Notes under the pieces: generated by a model
Seen by the model: the letters and a program-made list of their open reading frames with translations, nothing else
Database searches by the model: none
What the model was told of the DNA's origin: nothing
NCBI GenBank assembly: GCA_048938895.1
Contig: JBHLLU010000005.1
Coordinates: 1-64,000 of the forward strand
From: Promethearchaeota archaeon
Lineage (GTDB): Archaea > Asgardarchaeota > Lokiarchaeia > Sigyniarchaeales > SOKP01
Reading direction: 5' to 3'
Length of the DNA stretch: 64,000 nt
Shown: positions 35,222 to 45,178 of the stretch, one piece after another
Layout of the letters: each line of letters opens with the position of its first letter
How positions within the stretch are numbered: the first letter of the stretch is position 1
Made by a program: the position numbers and the translations under genes

Positions 35222-38011
35222 ATGGTTGAATATGATGCTCAGAAAATAGAGTTAAAGTGGCAAAAAAAGTGGAAAAAAGATAAAATTTTTGAAGTCAAAG
35301 TAGATCCAAAAAAGGAAAAATATTATGTGTTAGAAATGTATCCATATCCGTCGGGTAAACTACACATGGGCCATCTGAGAAATTACACTATTGGTGATTG
35401 TTATGCCCGGTTTAAGCGAATGAATAATTATAATGTCATCTACCCGATGGGGTATGATTCCTTTGGTATGCCAGCTGAAAATGCAGCAATAGATCATGGA
35501 GTTAATCCAGAAGAATGGACTAATAAAAACATTGAAACTATGAAGGAACAACAAAAAAGGATCGGTCTGTCATATGATTGGACAAGAGAAATATGTAGTC
35601 ATAACCCACACTTCTATAAATGGGATCAATGGTTCTTTCTTAAAATGCTTGAGAAGGGTCTTGCTTATAAACAAGAAGGTTATGTTAATTGGTGTCCAAA
35701 ATGCATGACCGTATTAGCTAACGAACAAGCACAAGGGGGGAGATGTTGGCGCTGTACCAGTATCGTTGACCAAAAATTCCTTTCACAATGGTTTTTAAAA
35801 ATAAGAGACTACGCTGAAGAGTTATTGGATGGATTAAATGTTGTGGAATGGCCAGAAAGAGTAAAATTAATGCAACGGAATTGGATCGGTCGTTCAGAAG
35901 GTTCAGTTATTAAATTCCCAATTGTAGGAGAAGACCGTACAGTGGATATATTTACTACTCGTCCAGATACACTTTATGGAGTCACATTCATGGTTTTCGC
36001 CCCAGAACATCCATGGGTCTTTGAATGGGTTAAAGATACAGAATATGAAGCAGATTACAAGAAGCTCTATGATGAAGTTATGCATCAAGATAAATTTGAG
36101 AGAACTGATATTGAGATCGAGAAAAAAGGTATGTTCATTGGGAAATATGCAATCAACCCTGTTACCAATGAAGAAGTCCCGATTTATATTGGGAATTTTG
36201 TAATTTATGAATATGGGGCTGGGGCTGTCATGGCGGTACCTGGTCATGACCAACGAGATTTCGAATTTGCCAAAGAATATAATATTCCTATTAAAATTGT
36301 AATCCAGCCACATGATTATGAATTAACTGCAGATAAAATGACTCGTGCATATGAAAGTGATGGAGTTTTAGTAAATTCAGAAGAATTTAATGATATAGAG
36401 AATATAAATGCTATTAATGCTATCACCGAGAAATTGGAAAAAATTGGAAAGGGATATGCAACTATCAATTATAAATTAAGAGATTGGGGTATTTCGCGTC
36501 AAAGATATTGGGGGTGCCCTATACCAGTTGTTTATTGTGATGAATGTGGTACTGTACCAGTGCCCTATAATGATTTGCCAGTTTATTTACCTAAAGATGT
36601 GCAATTTACAGGTGAGGGAAATCCTTTAGAAACAAGTGAAAGTTTCATAAATACAAAATGTCCTAAATGTGGTAATAACGCTAAACGCGAGACGGATACA
36701 ATGGATACTTTCGTCGATAGTTCATGGTATTTCTTTGCATTTTGTGATCCTCCTTCAGTTGAAGCAGAAGTTCCATATCATAAAGACATAGTTAATTATT
36801 GGGGTAATGTTGATCAATATATTGGGGGAATAGAGCATGCTGTTATGCATTTAATTTATGCTAGATTTTTTACAAAAGTAACAAGAGATTTAGGGTTACA
36901 TAAATTCGATGAGCCTTTTCAATCTCTGCTAACTCAAGGGATGATCAATAAACTACAACCTTATTGCTCGAACTGTAATGCTTTTCTAATGAAAGCCGAC
37001 TTGGAACAAATGAAGTGTAAAATTTGTGGTAGAAGTGATTTAATCTATAAATCGGTAAAAATGAGTAAAAGTTATGGAAACACTGTAAATCCTGGGGAAA
37101 TTATCGAAAAATATGGAGCAGATGCAGCAAGATTTTTCATTTTATTTGGAGCAAGTCCTTCCTCAGGTTTAGAATGGTCCGATGAAGGTGTTGACTATGC
37201 TTATAGATTCATAAAAAATACGTATATGCTTGTAACTGACCCTCCTGAAATAATGAGAAACAAAATAAACATTAGAGATAAATTAATCCAGTATTATTTA
37301 AATAAAACAATCAAAGAATTTACAGAAAACATGGAGAACATTGAAATAAGAAATGCGGTTAACAATATCATACAATTCACCTCAGAATTTAGTAAATATA
37401 AAAGTGAAGGTGTAAATGGAGATATTTATAAAGAAGGTATTGAAAATTTGATTTTATTACTTCATCCAATCGCACCTCACATGACTGAGGAAATCTGGGA
37501 AAATCTTGAGAAGAAGGGATATTTGAGCTTAGCAAATTGGCCATCTTATAAAGTAGAATTACTAAATAATGAATCAGATTATAAATGGAAGTTAATGAAG
37601 AATATTATAGAAGACATAAATAATATAAAAACTGTAATGAAAAAAGAAACCTTAGATACCATTTCATTAATCGTCGCTGATCCTTGGAAATTAAAGTTTT
37701 ACAATGCTCTTATGATACTTTTAGAAGATTATATAAATCAAGGAGATATTATGAAAGAATTAATGAAGAACAATGAATTTAAGAAACACACTTCACAAAT
37801 AGGTAAGATCGTAAGTAGAATATTGAAAAATATAGGAAAATATCCCAAATTTACACTTTCATCAAATGATGAATTTCAATTTTTCACTGAGATTAAGCCT
37901 ATTATTGAAAATAAATTTGATTGTCTGGTTAATATTGTTTTTGAAAAAGAATCAAAGGAACAAAAAGCATCTCTAGCACTTCCTGGTAAACCTGCCATTG
38001 TTGTCATCTAA
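35222..38011 (+). CDS. leuS: Leucine--tRNA ligase (bacterial-type core, archaeal-type C-terminus)
   Basis: YPYPSGKLHMGH, FTTRPDT, GAGAVMAVPGHDQRD, SRQRYWG, KMSKS; ends ALPGKPAI. Confidence 0.97.
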   Translation: MVEYDAQKIELKWQKKWKKDKIFEVKVDPKKEKYYVLEMYPYPSGKLHMGHLRNYTIGDCYARFKRMNNYNVIYPMGYDSFGMPAENAAIDHGVNPEEWTNKNIETMKEQQKRIGLSYDWTREICSHNPHFYKWDQWFFLKMLEKGLAYKQEGYVNWCPKCMTVLANEQAQGGRCWRCTSIVDQKFLSQWFLKIRDYAEELLDGLNVVEWPERVKLMQRNWIGRSEGSVIKFPIVGEDRTVDIFTTRPDTLYGVTFMVFAPEHPWVFEWVKDTEYEADYKKLYDEVMHQDKFERTDIEIEKKGMFIGKYAINPVTNEEVPIYIGNFVIYEYGAGAVMAVPGHDQRDFEFAKEYNIPIKIVIQPHDYELTADKMTRAYESDGVLVNSEEFNDIENINAINAITEKLEKIGKGYATINYKLRDWGISRQRYWGCPIPVVYCDECGTVPVPYNDLPVYLPKDVQFTGEGNPLETSESFINTKCPKCGNNAKRETDTMDTFVDSSWYFFAFCDPPSVEAEVPYHKDIVNYWGNVDQYIGGIEHAVMHLIYARFFTKVTRDLGLHKFDEPFQSLLTQGMINKLQPYCSNCNAFLMKADLEQMKCKICGRSDLIYKSVKMSKSYGNTVNPGEIIEKYGADAARFFILFGASPSSGLEWSDEGVDYAYRFIKNTYMLVTDPPEIMRNKINIRDKLIQYYLNKTIKEFTENMENIEIRNAVNNIIQFTSEFSKYKSEGVNGDIYKEGIENLILLLHPIAPHMTEEIWENLEKKGYLSLANWPSYKVELLNNESDYKWKLMKNIIEDINNIKTVMKKETLDTISLIVADPWKLKFYNALMILLEDYINQGDIMKELMKNNEFKKHTSQIGKIVSRILKNIGKYPKFTLSSNDEFQFFTEIKPIIENKFDCLVNIVFEKESKEQKASLALPGKPAIVVI

Positions 38012-38137
38012 TAAAACACATTTATATCCATGCTTTTTCTTAAATTACATATGCTTCTTATTAATTTAAGATTAAAAAAATTATTTTTATAATTAAAACA
38101 TTAAATCAAATTAAAAATACCTGGGACTATAATAGAC

Positions 38138-39007
38138 ATGACAATATATGAACTTAGTATCATTTCAACTACAGGATTTCCATACTACAATCATATCATT
38201 AAACCCGTACCTGAAGGTGTAAAAATCTTTCTTAGATTTTTCGATTTCTCTAAAGATAAATCTATAGTTCATGAGCCATTAGACTCTGACTCAAAATTTG
38301 ATCTTACTGCTGGTTTAATATCAGCATTATTTGAATTTGCTCGAAATATTGATAAAAAAATTGAAAGACTTGAATTTAAGGCTAAAAAAGTGTCTGAAGA
38401 CTCCCAAAAGATCCAGGCTGAAAATCCTTTTGAGGGAGATGTATTAATTACCACTCAAACAGAATCGTTCTTATTGCACAAGTCCGTAAAGGAAAAAATA
38501 AAATTAATTTATAATAATTTTATAAATATCAAAACCCCACTTGATTCCGCTGATACAATTGTAGAAAATGAAGAAAAAAAAATAATAGATATATTAACTG
38601 ATTCAAAAGCAAGAAAACATATTTCTGATCATCAAAATGATATTAAACGTGCTGCAAACGGATTTCTCAATGAAATGAAAGAATATGGACTATGGGGAAT
38701 ATGTTTAACCTCTTTTGATCTCTCACCAATTATTGCCTATGGGAAAAAGTATTCTTTAAGGGATGTAAATGAGATTCTAAGACACATCGGATTTATTCCA
38801 AATATAGCTCCATTAGAATGGATTTATAGAACTTCATTTTTCTCGGATGAACAGATTCAAGTCTGTATTATTAAATCAGGAGTGGGTATTACCGTAGAAG
38901 AATCTCTTTTTGAACCCTATTTCTATTTATTATTTGCAGATCCACAAAGCTATTTTGGTGAATTTCCAGAAAAATTAACAATAGTATTTAATAATATTCT
39001 TGGTTAA
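38138..39007 (+). CDS. Longin-like domain protein, possibly with a second roadblock/longin-like domain
   Basis: IYELSIISTTGFPYY..LTAGLISALFEFARNI..IERLEF resembles Asgard longin N-termini. Confidence 0.55.
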   Translation: MTIYELSIISTTGFPYYNHIIKPVPEGVKIFLRFFDFSKDKSIVHEPLDSDSKFDLTAGLISALFEFARNIDKKIERLEFKAKKVSEDSQKIQAENPFEGDVLITTQTESFLLHKSVKEKIKLIYNNFINIKTPLDSADTIVENEEKKIIDILTDSKARKHISDHQNDIKRAANGFLNEMKEYGLWGICLTSFDLSPIIAYGKKYSLRDVNEILRHIGFIPNIAPLEWIYRTSFFSDEQIQVCIIKSGVGITVEESLFEPYFYLLFADPQSYFGEFPEKLTIVFNNILG

Positions 39008-39008
39008 T

Positions 39009-39779
39009 CTAATTCATTGTTTTTTCAGCGGCCTTAATAATAAGAGCTAATGAATCTGCGTTAAGGGATGCGCCCCCAACCAAACCACCATCAATATTCT
39101 TTTGCTTAAATAAATCTTCAGCATTACTTGGTTTAATAGATCCCCCATATTGAATCCTAATGGAATTAGCTGTCTCTTCATCATACTCTTGTGATATTAT
39201 TTCGCGGATGAAAATATGAATTTCTTCTGCTTGTTGTGGTGTAGCTGTTTTCCCCGTTCCTATTGCCCAAATTGGTTCATATGCAATAACCGTCTTACTA
39301 ATCCCTACTCTGTCAATATCATTAAATGTATTCTTAAATTGATGCAAAATTATATCCTCTGTATTCCCCGCTTCTCTTTCCTCTAAATGCTCACCAATGC
39401 ATACTATTGGTTTTAAACCTATTTGTAATGCTTTCTTCAATTTTTTATTAACTAAATCATCCGATTCATTGAAAATGTTTCTTCTTTCACTATGGCCTAG
39501 AATTATATATTCCACCCCTATTTCTTTTAAAAATTTCGGTGAGATTTCGCCCGTAAATGCTCCTGATTCTTCATAATACATGTTTTGAGCACCTAATCTT
39601 ATGTTTTTTCCTTTTATAGTTTTTTTTGTTTCGATTAAACTAGTAAAAGGAGGAGCAATCACAATTTCTACATTCTTAATCGACTTTACCAATGGAATTA
39701 AAGTTTTAAGCATTTCTTTTGATTCATTTGGGGTTCCTCGATTCATTTTCCAATTTCCCCCAACTATTGGTATTCTCAT
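39009..39779 (-). CDS. tpiA: Triosephosphate isomerase (bacterial/eukaryotic type)
   Basis: GGNWKMN, GAFTGEIS, GHSERR, AYEPIWAIGTG, YGGS, DGGLVGGASL; 256 aa. Confidence 0.98.
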   Translation of the reverse strand: MRIPIVGGNWKMNRGTPNESKEMLKTLIPLVKSIKNVEIVIAPPFTSLIETKKTIKGKNIRLGAQNMYYEESGAFTGEISPKFLKEIGVEYIILGHSERRNIFNESDDLVNKKLKKALQIGLKPIVCIGEHLEEREAGNTEDIILHQFKNTFNDIDRVGISKTVIAYEPIWAIGTGKTATPQQAEEIHIFIREIISQEYDEETANSIRIQYGGSIKPSNAEDLFKQKNIDGGLVGGASLNADSLALIIKAAEKTMN

Positions 39780-39902
39780 TTTCTATTTCTCTAATTCTTA
39801 TTTAACTACTACTATTTCTATAAATAATTCAATTAAGGTTTAGAGAATATAAAATTCTACCGCAAATTATAAAAAATAAAATCAAAAAGAAGAAAAATGA
39901 GC

Positions 39903-40406
39903 TTACTCCGCTTTTGGGAGTTTTTCTGGTAATTTTGTTGCTTTTAAAAGTTTCTTCACTTCATCTACATCCGGAGCCATTATGGCCGGTAAGCCTAATT
40001 GAGTACGTCTCCTTTCTATAGCAGGTTGCATCGGAATTGCTTTGCCATGTTCTAGGACAGTCGATGCTTGGCCTGTATAATGAGCTGGAGCTTCTCCTCG
40101 TACCACACTCATATTTTTTAATATTGTAAAAATCTCTGTTAGTTCAACTTTTTGAGGGCACACCTCATCACAAGTATCACATACAGTACATCCCCAAATA
40201 TTAAACGCATTTTCTGGCCCAAATATTTTTTCTTTAAGTCCTAATAACGCATCAAGAATTAGCCTTCTTGGATTATATTTACCCTCAGTTACTTGTGCCA
40301 CAGGGCATGCACCACTACATGTAGCACACTGGTAGCAATATGCTAGCGTATTCCCTATTTCATTTCCAAGAATTTGGTTTCTAAAATCAAAATCTATAGT
40401 TGCCAT
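39903..40406 (-). CDS. hdrC: Heterodisulfide reductase subunit C-like 2x[4Fe-4S] protein
   Basis: CYQCATCSGACP, YNPRRLI, WGCTVCDTCDEVCPQ, RRTQLGLP. Confidence 0.88.
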   Translation of the reverse strand: MATIDFDFRNQILGNEIGNTLAYCYQCATCSGACPVAQVTEGKYNPRRLILDALLGLKEKIFGPENAFNIWGCTVCDTCDEVCPQKVELTEIFTILKNMSVVRGEAPAHYTGQASTVLEHGKAIPMQPAIERRRTQLGLPAIMAPDVDEVKKLLKATKLPEKLPKAE

Positions 40407-40643
40407 ATCTTTAATTCAGTTTATCTTAATATTAGGTAGTATAACTTATTGTCGATTTTAAAATTAATTCTTTTAATTTTCAATTTTTAAATAGCTTATA
40501 TCATTTCAAAATTCTTTTTGTTAAGTTTTGCTTGATTACATTTTTAGTTTGTAAATGAAATTAATAAAAGGAATTAAATATTTATTATCCTAAATTAAAT
40601 TCAATACAATCAAAATAGCTCAAAATATAAAATAGTATTTATC

Positions 40644-41000
40644 ATGACACATATTGAGGAATTAACAGAATTTGGTCTTGAGATCCCGGATACAATGAAA
40701 GAGGGAAAAGTTATTTTAGATGTCTATACTGAATGGTGTGGTCCCTGCAAATTCGTGAGCCCAATACTAGAAAAGCTAAAAAATGAAGGCTTAATCAAGC
40801 TGTTAAAAGAGGATTTAGATAAAAATAGACCCCTTGGTGAAAAATTTGGAATTACAGCAATACCTACGCTTCTATTTTTTAACAATGGTGTACTCTTGAA
40901 TCATCCAATAGAAGTTCAGGGACAGATGCTTGTACGAAACGGAATGATGGTTGGTGCTAGTGGGGAACAAGTCTTAAGAGAAATTATCTCTAAAATGTAG
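40644..41000 (+). CDS. trxA: Thioredoxin
   Basis: WCGPCK, AIPTLLFF cis-Pro loop. Confidence 0.93.
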   Translation: MTHIEELTEFGLEIPDTMKEGKVILDVYTEWCGPCKFVSPILEKLKNEGLIKLLKEDLDKNRPLGEKFGITAIPTLLFFNNGVLLNHPIEVQGQMLVRNGMMVGASGEQVLREIISKM

Positions 41001-41219
41001 GTTTTTGAATACTTATACATTCCATTATTATATTTTTATTTCTTTTTCTTAAGTAGATTATTTAATAGGAAAAATAGTAAGTTGATGCATTTCGGAAAAT
41101 ATTTGAATAATTCAATAATTAAGAAAATCATACAAATAATCGATTAATTGAATTAAAAATTTTTTATTTAATGAAATTTTTACAATACTAAATTTAATTA
41201 GGTATTTTTAAATAGAACT

Positions 41220-41732
41220 ATGAATTTTTCAAGAAAGGAGTTAATCCAATCAGATGCAACTATGAACCAGATGAGGAATGCCATTTATGAATTAGCTCGA
41301 TTGATGGAAAGAAATGGAACTGCAGATTTAAGTAGTAGATTAAGGAGAATGGGACAAGAGATTGCTAAGACTTTTATTAATTATTGGAAACCTACTGAGA
41401 GTGTTACTCTTATTAACATAAGAGATTTAATTACAACAATTTATCAAAAAGTGTTGAATAGTTCAATTTCGATTGAAGTAGAAGAAAAGAGCAATTCAAT
41501 AAAAGTTCGAGATAATAATTGTGCATTATGTAAGTATCATTATGAGGACATCGAAATTGCTGGTTGCGAAATTGTAATAGGGATGGTTTCAGAAATTATA
41601 TCTCAAATAAATAGAGAATCAAATAAGCCATCCTCCCTCTATCTTGAACCGTTAGAAATAGAAGAATCTCGAGCATATGGTAATAATACTTGTATTCAAG
41701 TATATAAATATAAAATTGGAGGAACTGATTAG
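41220..41732 (+). CDS. V4R / Bet3 (TRAPP)-like domain protein
   Basis: LRRMGQEIA, CALC, CEIVIGMVSEI, ESRAYGNNTC. Confidence 0.7.
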   Translation: MNFSRKELIQSDATMNQMRNAIYELARLMERNGTADLSSRLRRMGQEIAKTFINYWKPTESVTLINIRDLITTIYQKVLNSSISIEVEEKSNSIKVRDNNCALCKYHYEDIEIAGCEIVIGMVSEIISQINRESNKPSSLYLEPLEIEESRAYGNNTCIQVYKYKIGGTD

Positions 41733-41734
41733 AA

Positions 41735-43207
41735 ATGGGCGCTTTTCAGTGGTTAATGAAGAAAATTACAAAAGCTTTTGGACGTTCCACTAATGCTTTA
41801 TTTTATACATTGCTTTACAGGGAAATTCTTAAGGAAATTAATGAAATTGCTAAAAATGAAGAAGAATCCCTTATTATTCTTAGAGAAATTGGAAAGAGAT
41901 CTGCTTATGAATCCTGTGAAAGACACTCGAATATTTTCAAATTTATGCCTGGCTCACCAAAAAAAGTTTTAGATTACTTTGAAATCTTGTGGGTTGTTGT
42001 ATTTGGGAGAGAATTAGATGATTATTCCTATGAAGAAATTCCCAAAGAAGATTCAAAATATAACGATTACCTCATAAAAATTAGTAAATGTCCAATATGT
42101 GTAGACTATAGTCAAGATAAAGAAGATACATTTGATTTTAGCAAGATAAAAAAAATGAATACTGAAGGACTGGCTTGTGGATTATGTGGTATGTTGGAAA
42201 CCGTTGCTAACTACATATTGAAAATTAAAAGGAATGATTATCGCATTGAAATAGTGGAGCAAGCTTGTATTGCTAAGGGAGGAGATTGCTTACAATTTAT
42301 ATGTAAAATCCACGATTATAAAGAATGGAAAGAAGTCATGGATTCAAGAATAAATACTTTAAAATCATTAGGGATAAATCTTGGGGGAGATTTAGAAGAG
42401 CAAGAGATTGTTCAAGAAACTAAACTTGATATTATTGATAAACTCCAAGATGTTATATCAATTGATAAATTAGAAGAATATCTTGATGAACCATTAGAAA
42501 CTATAAAGGAAAAAGTTTCTGATATTATAAGAGATAAACTAAGCATGGAACCGGAACATTTTTTCGACTATTTCAGAAATTATGAGGATGATATGATTAA
42601 AATTATTGGTTACTTATCTATTCACCTTTTAAATGAATATGGGGGTTTGTTAGAAAAATCTCTAAAGAACGAGTGGTTCTCGAAAGTTTTTGGTTATATT
42701 TTTAAACAATTTAAGGAGATGACGTTATTATTTATACCTCTTGATGTAATCCGAGATTATAACGAACTACTAGTTAGTTTTCTCGAGGATTTAGCACCAT
42801 CAGAAATGGTTGATAACGTACGACAATTCACAGGAAGAGATACGATTAATTATTTATTTGAAGGTGCGCAGATAGCTCTTGAAAACTTAGGTATTGAATT
42901 TTCTGAATTAAAGGAAAATGTTTGGGAAGAATTAAAGAAAGAAAGAGAAAATGGGTTAATATCTTCTGAAGAATCTACAATAGATAAAACTCGTGAAAGG
43001 GTACCACAAATTATTAGTATTGTCCAGGAACTATTAATGATTATTAATGATATACTCACCTTGCCGATTAGAGTACTAATCTCTGAAACTCATTATGGAC
43101 TAAAAACAGCCATCAATTCTGTTGTTTCTGAAGAAGAAGGTTTATATGGATCTATAAGAGAGCGATTTGATCATATTTTTGACCAAATTGAAGAAATAAG
43201 AAAGTAG
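41735..43207 (+). CDS. V4R-domain protein with a long helical C-terminal region
   Basis: LREIGKRSA, CPIC, CGLCGMLETV, EQACIAKGGDCLQF; 2 nt after the upstream V4R gene. Confidence 0.72.
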   Translation: MGAFQWLMKKITKAFGRSTNALFYTLLYREILKEINEIAKNEEESLIILREIGKRSAYESCERHSNIFKFMPGSPKKVLDYFEILWVVVFGRELDDYSYEEIPKEDSKYNDYLIKISKCPICVDYSQDKEDTFDFSKIKKMNTEGLACGLCGMLETVANYILKIKRNDYRIEIVEQACIAKGGDCLQFICKIHDYKEWKEVMDSRINTLKSLGINLGGDLEEQEIVQETKLDIIDKLQDVISIDKLEEYLDEPLETIKEKVSDIIRDKLSMEPEHFFDYFRNYEDDMIKIIGYLSIHLLNEYGGLLEKSLKNEWFSKVFGYIFKQFKEMTLLFIPLDVIRDYNELLVSFLEDLAPSEMVDNVRQFTGRDTINYLFEGAQIALENLGIEFSELKENVWEELKKERENGLISSEESTIDKTRERVPQIISIVQELLMIINDILTLPIRVLISETHYGLKTAINSVVSEEEGLYGSIRERFDHIFDQIEEIRK

Positions 43208-43213
43208 ATTTTT

Positions 43214-44635
43214 TTAATTTTTTTTCAGTCTTTCAATATGAAAAGCATACATCTGGTCTATCATATATTGCCAGAAAAATCTTTCTCTTAAGACATCATA
43301 ATGGGATTTTCCTTTTAAACTCGTTAATTTAGCTATATCTTCTGATTTAATTTTACCATCTGCCACTAAATCCATGCGAGTAATGAACTGATCTTTAAGT
43401 TTAATATCTCTTAAAATAAGAGATATGGCTTTTGAAATCTTTTTAATTATCTCTGAAACTTCAGGATGATCTTTTTGTCGAAACTCATCAATCTCATCTA
43501 AAATTATTTTTACTCTTTCTAAAATTAAATTCCTATCATAATAATCAATTTTCTTTTGTGGATTCAGAGTGTCAGACAAATAATCAATAATTTTCTTAAC
43601 AACTTCATCTCTAATGTTAAAATTTGACAATTCATTCTGTAATTTGATTAAAAATTTCCTTTTTAAAAATTGCTTAAATTTAATAACTATAGCTTCAGTT
43701 TCTTTTTGATCAGAACATATTTCAATAATTTCTCCTTTAGGGGTAGAATATGTGAAACCCAATCCTTGCGGACCTAAGCCTCCAATAAGAACCATTGAGA
43801 TACTGTAAAATTTGTATTCTTTTTTACTAAATATTTTATCTTTATTCATCAAAATATTTTTTATCGCAACAAAATGAATTTTCCTCTCTATATATAGACG
43901 ATCCTCTTCTAAATCATAGAAACGGTATTGATATGGGATCTCAAAGGTCAAATATTTATTTTCCTTGTCAAAAGATTTTAAACGATCTTTATCACCTTTT
44001 ATCTTTTCAAAAATCTTAATAAACTGTCTTGTAGAGCTTAATTTTCTAACACTTAAACCATAAATAGTGTACTGGTTGAAAAAACGAGTCTTGATATTGT
44101 ACATTAGATTGTCTAAATCAGAGAAATATTCGTTTGGAACCTTTTTGAGGTAATTATAAATAATACGTGGAAATTTTAAGTATACATAATAAATAAACGA
44201 GTCTGAGATCTTACCAAATAAATCATTTAAGTTCTCTAAAAATAGATTATCATTTTTAATTAAATTAACTCTATGTAATTCTTCTTTTGAGAGTGTATTT
44301 TCTAATAAACCAAATTCTTTACACTCTCTTAAAATATCTATTTGATCTCCTAAAGCAGATATTTGAAATTTATCAATTATTCTTTTAGTACAGTTTAAAA
44401 GCAATTCAGAAATAGATTCCATTCTTTCAGGAATTTTATTGACATCTATGAATATATCTAAATCAACTGAGGCATTGAATAAATCCTTGAAACTACTGAA
44501 ATCACCTATTTTAAGAGTTCTTGCTAATGCTTGATAGTAATATTTTTCAATAGAATCTTTATCGTTTGAAACTGAAATGCTTACTTTGAGTTGCTTTAAA
44601 AATTCGTCTGAATGCTTCATAAAACTATTATTCAA
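43214..44635 (-). CDS. Hypothetical protein downstream of the roadblock gene
   Basis: 473-aa ORF with a conserved-looking core GGLGPQGLGFTYSTPKGEIIEICSD and GKSHYDVLRERFF. Confidence 0.8.
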   Translation of the reverse strand: MNNSFMKHSDEFLKQLKVSISVSNDKDSIEKYYYQALARTLKIGDFSSFKDLFNASVDLDIFIDVNKIPERMESISELLLNCTKRIIDKFQISALGDQIDILRECKEFGLLENTLSKEELHRVNLIKNDNLFLENLNDLFGKISDSFIYYVYLKFPRIIYNYLKKVPNEYFSDLDNLMYNIKTRFFNQYTIYGLSVRKLSSTRQFIKIFEKIKGDKDRLKSFDKENKYLTFEIPYQYRFYDLEEDRLYIERKIHFVAIKNILMNKDKIFSKKEYKFYSISMVLIGGLGPQGLGFTYSTPKGEIIEICSDQKETEAIVIKFKQFLKRKFLIKLQNELSNFNIRDEVVKKIIDYLSDTLNPQKKIDYYDRNLILERVKIILDEIDEFRQKDHPEVSEIIKKISKAISLILRDIKLKDQFITRMDLVADGKIKSEDIAKLTSLKGKSHYDVLRERFFWQYMIDQMYAFHIERLKKN

Positions 44636-44648
44636 ATTAAAAAAACTC

Positions 44649-45020
44649 TTAATCTAATAGAGCAGCAATCTTTTGAGAAACACTCTGTATATTTAGAAAC
44701 ACCATCCCAAGAGAGGCATCAGCTTTGCATAGAGTGCATAATATAGCATTTTCTCCGCTTTTTGATAAGATAATGATCCCTTCAACACCTTCTATAAGTA
44801 TACGTTTTAAGTCCCCCCTTGCAAGTTCTTCTACAGCACGCTCAGATACACTTAGGATTGCAGCGCTCATAGCACTCACGATACCATCGTTTACATCTCT
44901 TGCAAGAGCAGAACATATTGGAAGGCCTTGTACACTCACGATCGCTGAACCTTGGATGTCGGGGTTAACTGCTTCCATCTGTCTTAAAAGATCAGTGAGT
45001 TCAGCGATATTTTCACTCAA
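44649..45020 (-). CDS. Roadblock/LC7 (MglB-like) protein
   Basis: IQGSAIVSVQGLPICSAL, VSAMSAAILSVSERAVEEL.RGDL..ILIEG..G, SLGMVFL. Confidence 0.93.
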   Translation of the reverse strand: MSENIAELTDLLRQMEAVNPDIQGSAIVSVQGLPICSALARDVNDGIVSAMSAAILSVSERAVEELARGDLKRILIEGVEGIIILSKSGENAILCTLCKADASLGMVFLNIQSVSQKIAALLD

Positions 45021-45178
45021 AAATTAATCAACTTGAATAAATAAGTGTTAATATTCTAATAATAAAATTATATTATAAAATTATTTTTATTTTTGATTTA
45101 ATTTTAATGTTAACTTTAATATTAAAGTTAATAATTATTTAAAAAATATTTTTATCGAAATCCACATTAGTTATTTCA

